Source: Mucilaginibacter sp.
Lineage (GTDB): Bacteria > Bacteroidota > Bacteroidia > Sphingobacteriales > Sphingobacteriaceae
Direction of reading: 5' to 3'
Length of the DNA: 64,000 bases
Assembly: GCA_030445275.1 (NCBI GenBank)
Contig: JAUCSE010000066.1
Coordinates: forward strand, 10,336-74,335
Made by a program: the position numbers and the translations under genes. Positions 1 through 9,174 of this stretch are shown here, piece after piece (position 1 is the stretch's first letter; each line of letters begins with the position of its first letter). The notes under the pieces are model-generated. The model had not been told where the DNA came from. It worked only from the letters and a program-made list of their open reading frames with translations, and did not search any database.

Positions 1-122
1 ATTATTGCGTAACCCTGTTTAGCGATCTTACCCGTATGGTTACCATGCAAAATCTTTTCCACGATGGTGGCTTTTCCTTTACCGGCGTAACCCAGGCGGT
101 TATTGAGCAGATGGAGAAATAA
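1..122 (+). CDS. C-terminal fragment of unidentified protein (truncated by window edge)
   Basis: Stop-free frame from nt 3 (...FHDGGFSFTGVTQAVIEQMEK) ends at TAA 120-122 and is followed by a hairpin terminator. Too short to assign a family. Confidence 0.3.
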   Translation, partial: YCVTLFSDLTRMVTMQNLFHDGGFSFTGVTQAVIEQMEK

Positions 123-143
123 AAAAAAACGAGCATAAAAAAA

Positions 144-174
144 GCGCCATGCAAATTGCATGGCGCTTTTTTTT
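144..174. terminator. Rho-independent-type hairpin, potentially bidirectional
   Basis: GCGCCATGCA (144-153) pairs with TGCATGGCGC (158-167) around a 4-nt loop. A-run upstream, T-run 168-174. Lies between convergent 3' ends. Confidence 0.6.
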
Positions 175-194
175 AAAATTTCTTAAGCCAACCC

Positions 195-590
195 TTACGG
201 TACTAAAACTATTTTAAGAGCAAGGGCTCCGGGATTTTGTGTTGGTGCAGAGCCATCTGCATTTTGCGAATTAAGGTACACGTGACCTTGTTTATAAGTA
301 TACCATAAGCTATTTCCCCCATTCACATTAGGCAATAGCTCAAATCCACCGTCATTTCCATGGTCCAAATAAACCAACACTGCACCGTTTTCATTATAGT
401 AACTATCGATATCGGGTACAGATACATCTGCAGTATAGCCTTGAAAAGCCCCGGTAGTAGAAAGACTCCATTGACTGCTTTGTACATTGGTAAAAATAGT
501 TAAAGCGCCCGGCCCTACTATGGTTTCTTTTTTACATGAAGAGGCCGATATGCCTATACCTATAAATAATAAAAATAAGATTTTTTTCAT
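195..590 (-). CDS. small lipoprotein, unknown function
   Basis: 131-aa ORF. N-terminus MKKILFLLFIGIGISASSC looks like a lipoprotein signal peptide with a lipobox Cys. Confidence 0.6.
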   Translation of the reverse strand: MKKILFLLFIGIGISASSCKKETIVGPGALTIFTNVQSSQWSLSTTGAFQGYTADVSVPDIDSYYNENGAVLVYLDHGNDGGFELLPNVNGGNSLWYTYKQGHVYLNSQNADGSAPTQNPGALALKIVLVP

Positions 591-716
591 AAATGTGTTT
601 GTTTGTATCAGTAAGACGCAAATCGCCTTGAAAGGTTTAACGATTTTTTTAGAATTTTGTTTTATCGTAAAAAATATATGTTGTATATATTAAATATTAG
701 GGATCTATAAATAAAC

Positions 717-746
717 AAAACCCGGCTTTTGGCCGGGTTTTGTTTA
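717..746 (-). terminator. intrinsic terminator downstream of clpC
   Basis: AAAACCCGGC (717-726) pairs with GCCGGGTTTT (732-741). Read on the minus strand it is followed by a T-rich tail. Sits 18 nt after the clpC stop. Confidence 0.6.
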
Positions 747-763
747 TTTAATAAGAAGATCAA

Positions 764-3298
764 TTATTTCTGTTCTTCTTGTTCTGGCTCTTTGCTTTCG
801 CCTTTTTTGTCGATGATTGTGATTTCGTTGGTTACTTTATCATAATCAACCGCCATGGTATCGCCTTCGCTTAATTCGCCTTTTAGTATTTCTTCGGCAA
901 TCGGATCTTCCAGGTATTTCTGGATAGCCCGTTTTAACGGACGTGCACCAAATTGCGAATCATAACCTTTATCGGCAATAAACTCTTTAGCAGCTTCGGT
1001 AAGTTCAATTTTATAGCCCAAACCATTAACTCTGCTAAACAGGTAAGCTAACTCAATATCAATGATCTTGAAGATTTCGTCTTTACCTAATGAGTTAAAC
1101 ACGATAACATCATCAATACGGTTCAAAAACTCTGGTGCAAAAGCACGTTTCAAAGCGTTTTCAATAACACCGCGTGAGTGTGTATCGGCTTGCAGGTTTT
1201 TAGCATTAGTGCTGAAACCTACACCCTGTCCAAAGTCTTTCAACTGGCGGGCACCAATATTCGAGGTCATGATGATGATGGTATTCCTGAAATCAACCTT
1301 GCGGCCTAGTGAATCAGTCAACTGTCCTTCGTCCAACACCTGTAAAAGGATGTTGAACACATCAGGGTGCGCTTTTTCAATTTCATCAAGTAATATTACA
1401 GCATAAGGTTTACGGCGTACTTTTTCGGTCAGCTGTCCGCCTTCTTCATAACCCACATAACCCGGAGGCGCTCCAACTAAACGGGATACCGCGAATTTTT
1501 CCATGTACTCGCTCATATCAATTTGGATCAGTGCATCCTCGGTATCAAACATAAAGCGGGCAAGTTCTTTGGCAAGCTCAGTTTTACCAACACCAGTTGG
1601 GCCTAAGAAAATAAATGAACCGATCGGCTTTTTAGGATCCTTTAAGCCTGCACGTGTACGTTGTATAGCGCGGGTTAATTTTTTAATAGCATCTTCCTGA
1701 CCGATGATCTTGCTGCCAACGGTATCGGCCATATGCAACAGTTTTTGGCTGTCGGCCTGTCCTACCCTTTGTACAGGTATACCGGTCATCATAGATACTA
1801 CTTCGGCAACATTATCTTCGGTTACGGTGTAACGTTTCGATTTTGTTTCGGCTTCCCAAAGGGCCTTTGCCTGGTCAAGTTCAACCAGCAGGTTTTTCTC
1901 GGTATCACGCAGTTGGGCAGCTTCTTCATATTTTTGACTGCGAACAACTTTGTTTTTCTCGATCTTGATCTGCTCTATCTTTTGCTCAATATCCAAAATG
2001 TTTTGAGGCACGTGGATATTAGTTAAGTGAACACGTGAGCCCGACTCATCCAAAGCATCAATAGCCTTGTCTGGTAAAAAACGGTCGGTAATATACCTGG
2101 TAGTTAAATTAACGCAGGCATTGATTGCTTCAGGCGTATAAGTTACACCGTGATGCTCTTCGTATTTTTCTTTAATGCGGTTCAGTATCTCGATAGTTTC
2201 AACCGGGGTGGCTGGTTCAACCATTACCTTTTGGAAACGACGATCCAAAGCGCCATCTTTTTCAATATACTGGCGGTACTCATCTAAAGTGGTTGCGCCA
2301 ATGCATTGAATTTCGCCTCTTGCTAAGGCTGGTTTAAACATATTTGATGCATCAAGCGAGCCAGAAGCACCACCTGCACCTACAATAGTATGTATCTCAT
2401 CAATAAACAGAATAACATCAGGAGATTTTTCCAACTCATTCATTACCGCTTTCATCCGCTCCTCAAACTGGCCACGGTATTTTGTACCGGCAACCAATGA
2501 TGCAAGGTCCAAAGTAACCACCCGTTTGTTAAACAACACACGCGATACTTTACGCTGTACTATGCGCAGCGCCAGTCCTTCGGCAATAGCCGATTTACCA
2601 ACACCTGGCTCACCTATTAATATAGGGTTATTCTTTTTACGACGGGATAATATTTGTGATACCCTTTCGATCTCTTTTTCACGACCAACAATAGGGTCAA
2701 GCTTACCATCTTCGGCGGCACGGGTTAAATCGCGGCCAAAGTTGTCAAGCACCGGTGTTTTTGATTTAATGTCAGATACCTTTTTAGGCTGACTAAATGA
2801 CTCTTCTTCTTTAAAGTCGTCATCGCCGCCGGTTGGTGATCCGGGCATTTCGTCAGTAACATCGTTTTTATGCGATTCAACTTCACCTTTAAACACTTCG
2901 TAGTTTACATTAAACTGCATCAGTATTTGCGAAGCTATGTTATCTTCATCGCGCAGTATGGAAAGCAGCAGGTGCTCGGTTCCAATTACGTCGCTTTTAA
3001 ATATCTTAGCTTCCAGATAAGTTATCTTTAGTACTTTCTCGGCTTGTTTAGTTAGCGGGATACTGCCAATATGTACGTTTGTTCCAATAGTTCCTTTTAC
3101 GGCATCTTCAACTGCGCGGCGCAATTTTGCTGTGTCTACGTTCAATCCTTTGAGCAATTTAATTGCCACACCGTCTCCGTCCCGGATAAGCCCCAGTAAA
3201 AGATGTTCAGTTCCTATATAGTCGTGCCCCAGGCGTAAAGCCTCTTCCCTGCTATATTGAATAACATCCTTAACCCTCGGCGAAAATTTAGCTTCCAT
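764..3298 (-). CDS. clpC: ATP-dependent Clp protease ATP-binding subunit ClpC (class I Clp/Hsp100)
   Basis: 844 aa. Double Clp_N repeat (GTEHLLLGLIRDG / GTEHLLLSILRDE), two Walker A motifs (GEPGVGKSAIAEGLA, GPTGVGKTELAKELA) and a short UVR-like linker (QKYEEAAQLRDTEKNL) rather than the long ClpB coiled coil. Confidence 0.9.
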   Translation of the reverse strand: MEAKFSPRVKDVIQYSREEALRLGHDYIGTEHLLLGLIRDGDGVAIKLLKGLNVDTAKLRRAVEDAVKGTIGTNVHIGSIPLTKQAEKVLKITYLEAKIFKSDVIGTEHLLLSILRDEDNIASQILMQFNVNYEVFKGEVESHKNDVTDEMPGSPTGGDDDFKEEESFSQPKKVSDIKSKTPVLDNFGRDLTRAAEDGKLDPIVGREKEIERVSQILSRRKKNNPILIGEPGVGKSAIAEGLALRIVQRKVSRVLFNKRVVTLDLASLVAGTKYRGQFEERMKAVMNELEKSPDVILFIDEIHTIVGAGGASGSLDASNMFKPALARGEIQCIGATTLDEYRQYIEKDGALDRRFQKVMVEPATPVETIEILNRIKEKYEEHHGVTYTPEAINACVNLTTRYITDRFLPDKAIDALDESGSRVHLTNIHVPQNILDIEQKIEQIKIEKNKVVRSQKYEEAAQLRDTEKNLLVELDQAKALWEAETKSKRYTVTEDNVAEVVSMMTGIPVQRVGQADSQKLLHMADTVGSKIIGQEDAIKKLTRAIQRTRAGLKDPKKPIGSFIFLGPTGVGKTELAKELARFMFDTEDALIQIDMSEYMEKFAVSRLVGAPPGYVGYEEGGQLTEKVRRKPYAVILLDEIEKAHPDVFNILLQVLDEGQLTDSLGRKVDFRNTIIIMTSNIGARQLKDFGQGVGFSTNAKNLQADTHSRGVIENALKRAFAPEFLNRIDDVIVFNSLGKDEIFKIIDIELAYLFSRVNGLGYKIELTEAAKEFIADKGYDSQFGARPLKRAIQKYLEDPIAEEILKGELSEGDTMAVDYDKVTNEITIIDKKGESKEPEQEEQK

Positions 3299-3833
3299 AT
3301 ATACCTTTCTTATTATGAACGTCCTAATCTATTAATTTTGTTTTTACAAACCACGACGCTTGACTTAACATTTATCAACAATATTGCCAACATTTAATGC
3401 TTAGCAGAAACAGACATTGATATGATACGCAAGCTATCAAAGTTTATCTTTATTCAACAACTTTTGCCGCAAAATTCAACAAAACGTTGAGTTTTTTTAC
3501 AATATACAAATGAAACTCCCCTTTTTGATACAAAATATTCAAAATAGTTTAAACATATTAACAATTTTTTATAATGAATGTAACAGAACAGGCATTTCGT
3601 CACCATGCATGACATTTAGGCATTAGCTCAATTTTCCCCGATTGTTTATAATTATGTACGTAAAAACATCCACAACGGTTGCCAGAATACATTAGTTTAA
3701 CGCAATAATTACCTAACAAGTATATATAAGCTACCTCATATTTGTCATGATCGGCTAAATTTATTAACACATGCTTTTTTAGGTAATCCGCCAATTTTAA
3801 CCATATTTGAATTTCTTTTTTTAATCAATTATA

Positions 3834-5516
3834 ATGGCAGACGAAAAGATCATATTTTCAATGGCTGGGGTTAGCAAGATCTATCCTCCGCAAAAAACAG
3901 TTTTAAAAAATATCTATCTCTCCTTTTTTTATGGAGCCAAGATTGGCGTTATCGGTTTAAACGGTTCGGGTAAATCGTCTCTATTAAAAATTATAGCAGG
4001 CATTGATAAAACCAATATAGGCGAAGTTGTTTTTTCGCCGGGTTATACTGTGGGTTACCTGAGCCAGGAGCCCGAGCTTGATCCGGAAAAAACCGTACGT
4101 GAAGTGGTAGAAGAAGGCGTTGCCGCAACTACCGCCTTATTAAAGGAGTACGAAGAGATCAACGAAAAATTTGGCCTGGAAGAATATTACGGCGATGCCG
4201 ATAAAATGGATAAACTGATGGCTCGCCAAGGCGAACTACAGGATCAGATAGATGCCGTGAACGCCTGGGAACTGGACACCAAACTGGAACGCGCCATGGA
4301 TGCCTTGCGTTGTCCCGAGCCTGACACCAAAATTTCGGTACTATCAGGCGGTGAACGCCGCAGGGTGGCACTTTGTCGTCTTTTGTTAAAAGAACCTGAT
4401 GTTTTATTGCTGGATGAGCCTACCAACCACCTGGATGCCGAATCAATTGACTGGCTGGAGCAGCATTTACAACAATATAAGGGTACCGTTATTGCCGTAA
4501 CGCACGATCGTTATTTTCTTGACAATGTAGCCGGCTGGATCCTGGAACTTGACCGCGGCGAGGGTATCCCTTGGAAAGGTAACTACTCTTCATGGCTGGA
4601 TCAGAAAGCCAAACGCCTGGCGCAGGAAGATAAAACTGAGAGCAAACGCCAAAAAACGCTGGAACGTGAGCTGGAATGGGTGCGAATGGGACCAAAAGGC
4701 CGTCATGCTAAATCAAAGGCCCGTTTAGGCAACTATGAAAAACTGGCATCCGAAGAAACCAAAGAGCGTGAAGAAAAACTGGAACTGTTTATTCCTCCCG
4801 GCCCGCGTTTAGGTAATGTGGTGATCGAGGCCAATGGTGTGAGCAAATCATATGGCGATAAATTATTGTTTGATAACCTGAGCTTCTCGTTACCGCCAGC
4901 TGGTATTGTGGGTATTATCGGGCCAAATGGCGCAGGTAAAACCACATTGTTCCGCCTCATTACCGGGCAGGACCAGCCCGATGCAGGCACTTTCCGAGTA
5001 GGCGAAACTGTTGCCCTGGGCTATGTTGACCAGTTACACGATGATCTTGACCCCAACAAATCTGTTTGGGAAAATGTAACCGGTGGACTGGAAACTATTA
5101 TGGTAGGCAACAAGCCACTGAATTCCAGGGCCTACGTTTCTAAGTTTAACTTTAACGGTGCCGATCAGCAGAAAAAAGTAGGCGTTTTGTCAGGTGGTGA
5201 ACGTAACCGGGTACACCTTTCTATCACTTTGAAAAAAGGATCGAACGTATTATTGCTGGATGAGCCCACCAATGATATTGACGTAAACACCCTGCGCGCG
5301 CTGGAAGAAGCACTGGAAAACTTTGGCGGCTGTGCCGTAGTGATCAGTCACGATCGCTGGTTCCTGGATAGGATCTGTACACACATCCTGGCCTTTGAAG
5401 GTAACTCTCAGGTTTACTTTTTTGAAGGAAACTATTCGGACTACGAAGAAAACCGCAAAAAACGCCTGGGTGATATTGCCCCGAAAAGGATCAAGTATAA
5501 GAAGTTGACGGTATAA
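3834..5516 (+). CDS. ettA: energy-dependent translational throttle protein EttA (ABC-F ATPase)
   Basis: 560 aa with two ABC cassettes (GLNGSGKSS, GPNGAGKTT; LSGGERRRVAL, LSGGERNRVHL). The N-terminus is collinear with E. coli EttA/YjjK. Confidence 0.9.
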   Translation: MADEKIIFSMAGVSKIYPPQKTVLKNIYLSFFYGAKIGVIGLNGSGKSSLLKIIAGIDKTNIGEVVFSPGYTVGYLSQEPELDPEKTVREVVEEGVAATTALLKEYEEINEKFGLEEYYGDADKMDKLMARQGELQDQIDAVNAWELDTKLERAMDALRCPEPDTKISVLSGGERRRVALCRLLLKEPDVLLLDEPTNHLDAESIDWLEQHLQQYKGTVIAVTHDRYFLDNVAGWILELDRGEGIPWKGNYSSWLDQKAKRLAQEDKTESKRQKTLERELEWVRMGPKGRHAKSKARLGNYEKLASEETKEREEKLELFIPPGPRLGNVVIEANGVSKSYGDKLLFDNLSFSLPPAGIVGIIGPNGAGKTTLFRLITGQDQPDAGTFRVGETVALGYVDQLHDDLDPNKSVWENVTGGLETIMVGNKPLNSRAYVSKFNFNGADQQKKVGVLSGGERNRVHLSITLKKGSNVLLLDEPTNDIDVNTLRALEEALENFGGCAVVISHDRWFLDRICTHILAFEGNSQVYFFEGNYSDYEENRKKRLGDIAPKRIKYKKLTV

Positions 5517-5543
5517 GGTTTAATTCCTCCCCATAACCCCAAA

Positions 5544-5628
5544 GCGTCATTGCGAGGTACGAAGCAATCCCCAATATGCAGAGCCACTCTGTATAGCGTA
5601 GAGATTGCTTCGTACCTCGCAATGACGC
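5544..5628. repeat. family-1 palindromic intergenic element, copy 1
   Basis: GCGTCATTGCGAGGTACGAAGCAATC and its exact reverse complement GATTGCTTCGTACCTCGCAATGACGC (26-bp stem) flank a roughly 33-nt centre. T-run follows at 5630-5636. Lies between convergent ettA and the SGNH gene. Confidence 0.85.
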
Positions 5629-5667
5629 CTTTTTTTATTAAGGTTTAAGACTTGAACTATAAAGAGA

Positions 5668-6387
5668 TTACTTCTTTTCAAACTGTTTTAAAACAACCGG
5701 TTTAAGTTTTTCGACCCAGGCCTGATACATAACGACGGATGGGTGCAGGCCATCATCAGCAATCAGGGATGGATTATTAGCCGCTTGTTTGGATATATCG
5801 GTAATGTCGATATAGTTAACACCAGCATTGGCGCTTTCCTGCCTGTTTATATTATTAAACTCATCTATCTCCTTAGCTATCCTTGCCCCATCACCTTTGG
5901 CAAATGGTGTTACACCATAATCAGGTATAGATAGTACAAAAACGTGATTTTTATTACTTCCGGCAAACTTAATAGCTGTATTTAAAACCTGTATAAATTT
6001 GACACGATAGTCGGCCAGGCTGCCACCCGCATACTGATCGTTTACGCCAATCAGCAGGGTGACTATATCATAGGTTTTACCTTTAACAGCATCATTGGCA
6101 TCTATGGCTGCTATGAGCTGCGGTGTTGTCCAGCCGGTTCTTGCGATGATGATTGGTTCGGTTATCCGGTGCCCGGGTAGTTGGCTTGCGAGCAGATAAG
6201 GAAATGATTGCTGCGCAGATACTGATTGACCAATAGTATAGGAATCGCCCAGGGCCAGGTAACTCAAGGTATCTTTTATGGGCACCACAGGCGGTGGATT
6301 AAGATTAGCAGATGGCATAGATTCTGTTTTCGTGCAGGCAGTTAAGGTACTTAATGAGAATAAAATTAAAAATATTGTTTTCATCAT
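5668..6387 (-). CDS. SGNH/GDSL-family hydrolase lipoprotein
   Basis: 239 aa. Signal peptide plus lipobox (LSTLTAC), GDS block (LALGDSYTIGQS) and C-terminal DGLHPS block. Confidence 0.8.
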   Translation of the reverse strand: MMKTIFLILFSLSTLTACTKTESMPSANLNPPPVVPIKDTLSYLALGDSYTIGQSVSAQQSFPYLLASQLPGHRITEPIIIARTGWTTPQLIAAIDANDAVKGKTYDIVTLLIGVNDQYAGGSLADYRVKFIQVLNTAIKFAGSNKNHVFVLSIPDYGVTPFAKGDGARIAKEIDEFNNINRQESANAGVNYIDITDISKQAANNPSLIADDGLHPSVVMYQAWVEKLKPVVLKQFEKK

Positions 6388-7148
6388 AACATCTCCATAC
6401 CAAACAATACGGAAATATGATGCTTTAGGATTTTTTTAACTTCATTTATGTCAACTATTTTGCCAAGTTCTTTTTGCATGGAGGTTACTGCCTTATCATC
6501 AATACCACAGGGAACAATATTGCCAAAGTAATCAAGATCGGTATTCACATTAAAAGCCAGCCCATGCATGGTTACCCATCGGCTGCATCGCACGCCCAAG
6601 GCGCATATTTTACGGGCATTTTCGTTATCGGCATCAAACCAAACACCGGTATAGCCGGGATAGCGGCCCGCTTTTAGGCCATAATCGGCAAGGGTTAATA
6701 TAACGGCTTCTTCCAGCGTACGCAGGTAAAGGTGTATATCAGTAAAAAAATTGTCCAAATCCAAAATCGGGTATGATACAATTTGTCCGGGCCCATGATA
6801 AGTGATATCGCCACCACGATTAATGGTATAATAAACCGCCTGCTTTTCTTTCAGTCCATTCTCGTCAAGCAGCAAATGTTCAGGCTTGCCACTTTTTCCT
6901 AAAGTATAAACATTAGGATGTTCGCAAAATACCAGGTAGTTAAAAGTTTCATCGGCTACAAATGGCTCGTAGATATTAGCAGGCACTAAAGTTTTGGCAG
7001 CTGCTTCATAAGCCAGTTCGCTGTTACGGTTATTCAGTTTGGTTTTTACCGTATCGGCAAACAACTCCTCCTGCTTGTCCCAGGCTTGCTGATAATCAAT
7101 CAAGCCCCAGTCCTGAAAAAACACTTTTTTATTCTTCATCACATTCAT
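6384..7148 (-). CDS. lipB: lipoyl(octanoyl) transferase LipB
   Basis: 254 aa. Motifs RGGDITYHGPGQIVSYPILDL and KICALGVR. Its stop overlaps the downstream start by 4 nt (ATGA). Confidence 0.9.
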   Translation of the reverse strand: MNVMKNKKVFFQDWGLIDYQQAWDKQEELFADTVKTKLNNRNSELAYEAAAKTLVPANIYEPFVADETFNYLVFCEHPNVYTLGKSGKPEHLLLDENGLKEKQAVYYTINRGGDITYHGPGQIVSYPILDLDNFFTDIHLYLRTLEEAVILTLADYGLKAGRYPGYTGVWFDADNENARKICALGVRCSRWVTMHGLAFNVNTDLDYFGNIVPCGIDDKAVTSMQKELGKIVDINEVKKILKHHISVLFGMEML

Positions 7149-7783
7149 CCCTCTACGTAGCCTATCATATAATCTTCATACTGTAAATAGCCTACCTTAT
7201 AGTCAAGGCTAATATTTTTTTTGTGGAGATGGGCATTTAGCTCACCGGGGCTTTCAAAATCAAATGGTTCCAGAAAAATGTTATCAGCAAATGACACCTC
7301 CTTTTCCCCGTTACATTTATACACCGCTTCTTTGGCACACCAGCAAACATATAATTGCTCAATTTTATGCTGATCATCAATAAAAGCCAGCTCTTCGGGC
7401 CGCATAAACTTACCGGCAATACGTTCAACCTTTTCTTTTATTTGTTCAATATCAATCCCCACTTTATGCGTTCTGCTGATCATTACTGCGGCATAATCAA
7501 AAGAATGGCTGAGCGAAATATGATATGGGAGATTTACCAGGTATGGCTTCCCGTGGGCATCAACCTTGCAGTCAATATACTCGTCGGTACGGAGCATTTT
7601 ACGTAATAACACCCGGGTGCCCAGCCAGTGCAGGTGGCGCTTGCCGTTACTTAGTTTTTCAACGTAAGCTTTTTCATCCTCGTCAAGTTGAAGTTGTTGG
7701 TACAGGTCGTTAGCCTCTTCTTCAATTTTCCAGAGCGCAAATTCGGTATCATCATCAATACGCTGCCTGTATGCTATTGCCAT
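7145..7783 (-). CDS. 4'-phosphopantetheinyl transferase superfamily protein (Sfp-type)
   Basis: 212 aa. Motifs GKPYL, ISLSHS, VGIDIEQI and WCAKEAVYK. ATGA overlap with lipB. Confidence 0.8.
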   Translation of the reverse strand: MAIAYRQRIDDDTEFALWKIEEEANDLYQQLQLDEDEKAYVEKLSNGKRHLHWLGTRVLLRKMLRTDEYIDCKVDAHGKPYLVNLPYHISLSHSFDYAAVMISRTHKVGIDIEQIKEKVERIAGKFMRPEELAFIDDQHKIEQLYVCWCAKEAVYKCNGEKEVSFADNIFLEPFDFESPGELNAHLHKKNISLDYKVGYLQYEDYMIGYVEG

Positions 7784-7872
7784 AATAAGTAAAGTTGCAA
7801 AATAGGTGGCAAACTTATGTCAAATAAATTTAATTAAGATAACTATACAAAGTTACGCCAAATACAAAGTAT

Positions 7873-7911
7873 AAAAAAAACCATAAACAGTATTTAAATA
7901 CACTGTTTATG
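7873..7911 (-). terminator. intrinsic terminator (minus strand)
   Basis: CATAAACAGT (7882-7891) pairs with ACTGTTTATG (7902-7911). The A8 run at 7873-7880 becomes a U-run on the minus strand. Sits 20 nt downstream of the small ORF ending at 7932. Confidence 0.5.
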
Positions 7912-7931
7912 TATGACATAAGCTGTTATCA

Positions 7932-8194
7932 CTATCTTACTTTAACCTGCAATGGTTCGGCATATCTAAAGGCATACTGGTCTATATCTTTAATATTGAC
8001 ATCAATAGTTGAGTTTGATTTTATGATGTTAACATTCAAACTTCCATCTGCAGTAACCGGAACGCTAACGTAGTGTTTGTTATCTGCAATAGCTGGTGTA
8101 ATGCTTCCTTTTAATAAGTTTACTGTTAGGGCAACTGCAATAACCGTTAAAATGATTTTTGTGTAAAGGTCGTTGTGTAAAGATCGGTTTTCAT
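7932..8194 (-). pseudogene. small membrane-anchored protein gene interrupted by a frameshift (or a missed start)
   Basis: ATG at 8194-8192 opens MKTDLYTTTFTQKSF*. The -1 frame continues stop-free as KIILTVIAVALTVNLLKGSITPAIADNKHYVSVPVTADGSLNVNIIKSNSTIDVNIKDIDQYAFRYAEPLQVKVR*. The junction lies at an A5 run. Span is 263 nt, not a multiple of 3. Confidence 0.3.
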
Positions 8195-8404
8195 ATTACT
8201 AAAATTTTAGGTTAAGGTAACTAAGTTATAAAAACATATAACAATAAAAAGCCGCCTTATTGAAGTTTAATATGACACTAATGACTTGATAAACATTTAC
8301 CTTTCATTAAGCTGTTTTACAGATCGCAAAATATTATGGGCAAGTGTATTGTTTAATTAAAACTATTGCCTATTGTTTTAATTAATTTTAATTTAGGCCC
8401 TACC

Positions 8405-8941
8405 ATGATATTATCAGATAAGCGCATTCTAGAGGAAATTGAAAAAGGACATATTATTATTGAACCCTTTAAACGCGAATGCCTGGGTACCAACTCCTAC
8501 GATGTGCATTTAGGTAAACATCTGGCTACCTATCGCGACAGGGTTTTGGATGCCAAACTACATAACGAAATTGATGGCTTTGAAATACCCAAAGAGGGTT
8601 TTGTGCTGCAACCCAATACGCTTTACCTGGGTGTAACTATGGAATATACCGAAACACACCGGCATGTCCCATTCTTAGAAGGCAAATCGAGCACCGGTCG
8701 TTTGGGTATTGATATACATGCAACAGCCGGTAAAGGCGATGTTGGTTTTTGCAATACCTGGACGCTTGAAATTTCATGCGCCCAGCCAGTACGTATTTAT
8801 GCGGGCATGCCTATAGGCCAGCTTATTTATTTTGTAGTTGAGGGCGATATTGAAACCATGTATAACACAAAAAGCAATGCCAAATATAACAACCCAACAA
8901 CACGGCCTGTTGAAAGCATGATGTGGAAGAATAAGTTTTAA
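8405..8941 (+). CDS. dcd: dCTP deaminase
   Basis: ATG at 8405 gives MILSDKRILEEIEKGHIIIEPF..., a typical Dcd N-terminus. The listed TTG start at 8366 only adds 13 AT-rich codons. Confidence 0.9.
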   Translation: MILSDKRILEEIEKGHIIIEPFKRECLGTNSYDVHLGKHLATYRDRVLDAKLHNEIDGFEIPKEGFVLQPNTLYLGVTMEYTETHRHVPFLEGKSSTGRLGIDIHATAGKGDVGFCNTWTLEISCAQPVRIYAGMPIGQLIYFVVEGDIETMYNTKSNAKYNNPTTRPVESMMWKNKF

Positions 8942-9174
8942 ACTATTTGATTTATTCCTTTTCTTGCCTATCATTTAATAAAATTAATATTTCAGGTTTA
9001 TTTTTAATTCTTGTTAAACCATTGAGTTCAGGCTTTGTCAAATGTCAAATTTGTATATACTCCTGTAGCTTAAAATACTTAACTTACAGCGGGATACTTA
9101 TGTCCTGAATTGAACCTATAACCTCACAAATCATCGCCTGCAAGATATTTTGTGTTGCTTAATTTTATTAAATA

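Noticed and set aside
487-693. 68-aa plus-strand ORF overlapping the lipoprotein gene start
   Set aside because: It overlaps the better-supported minus-strand lipoprotein gene and runs into AT-rich promoter sequence. No motifs are recognisable.
3600-3794. 64-aa minus-strand ORF in the clpC-ettA divergent intergenic region
   Set aside because: Its composition is AT-rich and Cys/Tyr/His-rich, and no motif is recognisable. It sits where two divergent promoters are expected. Probably a chance ORF.
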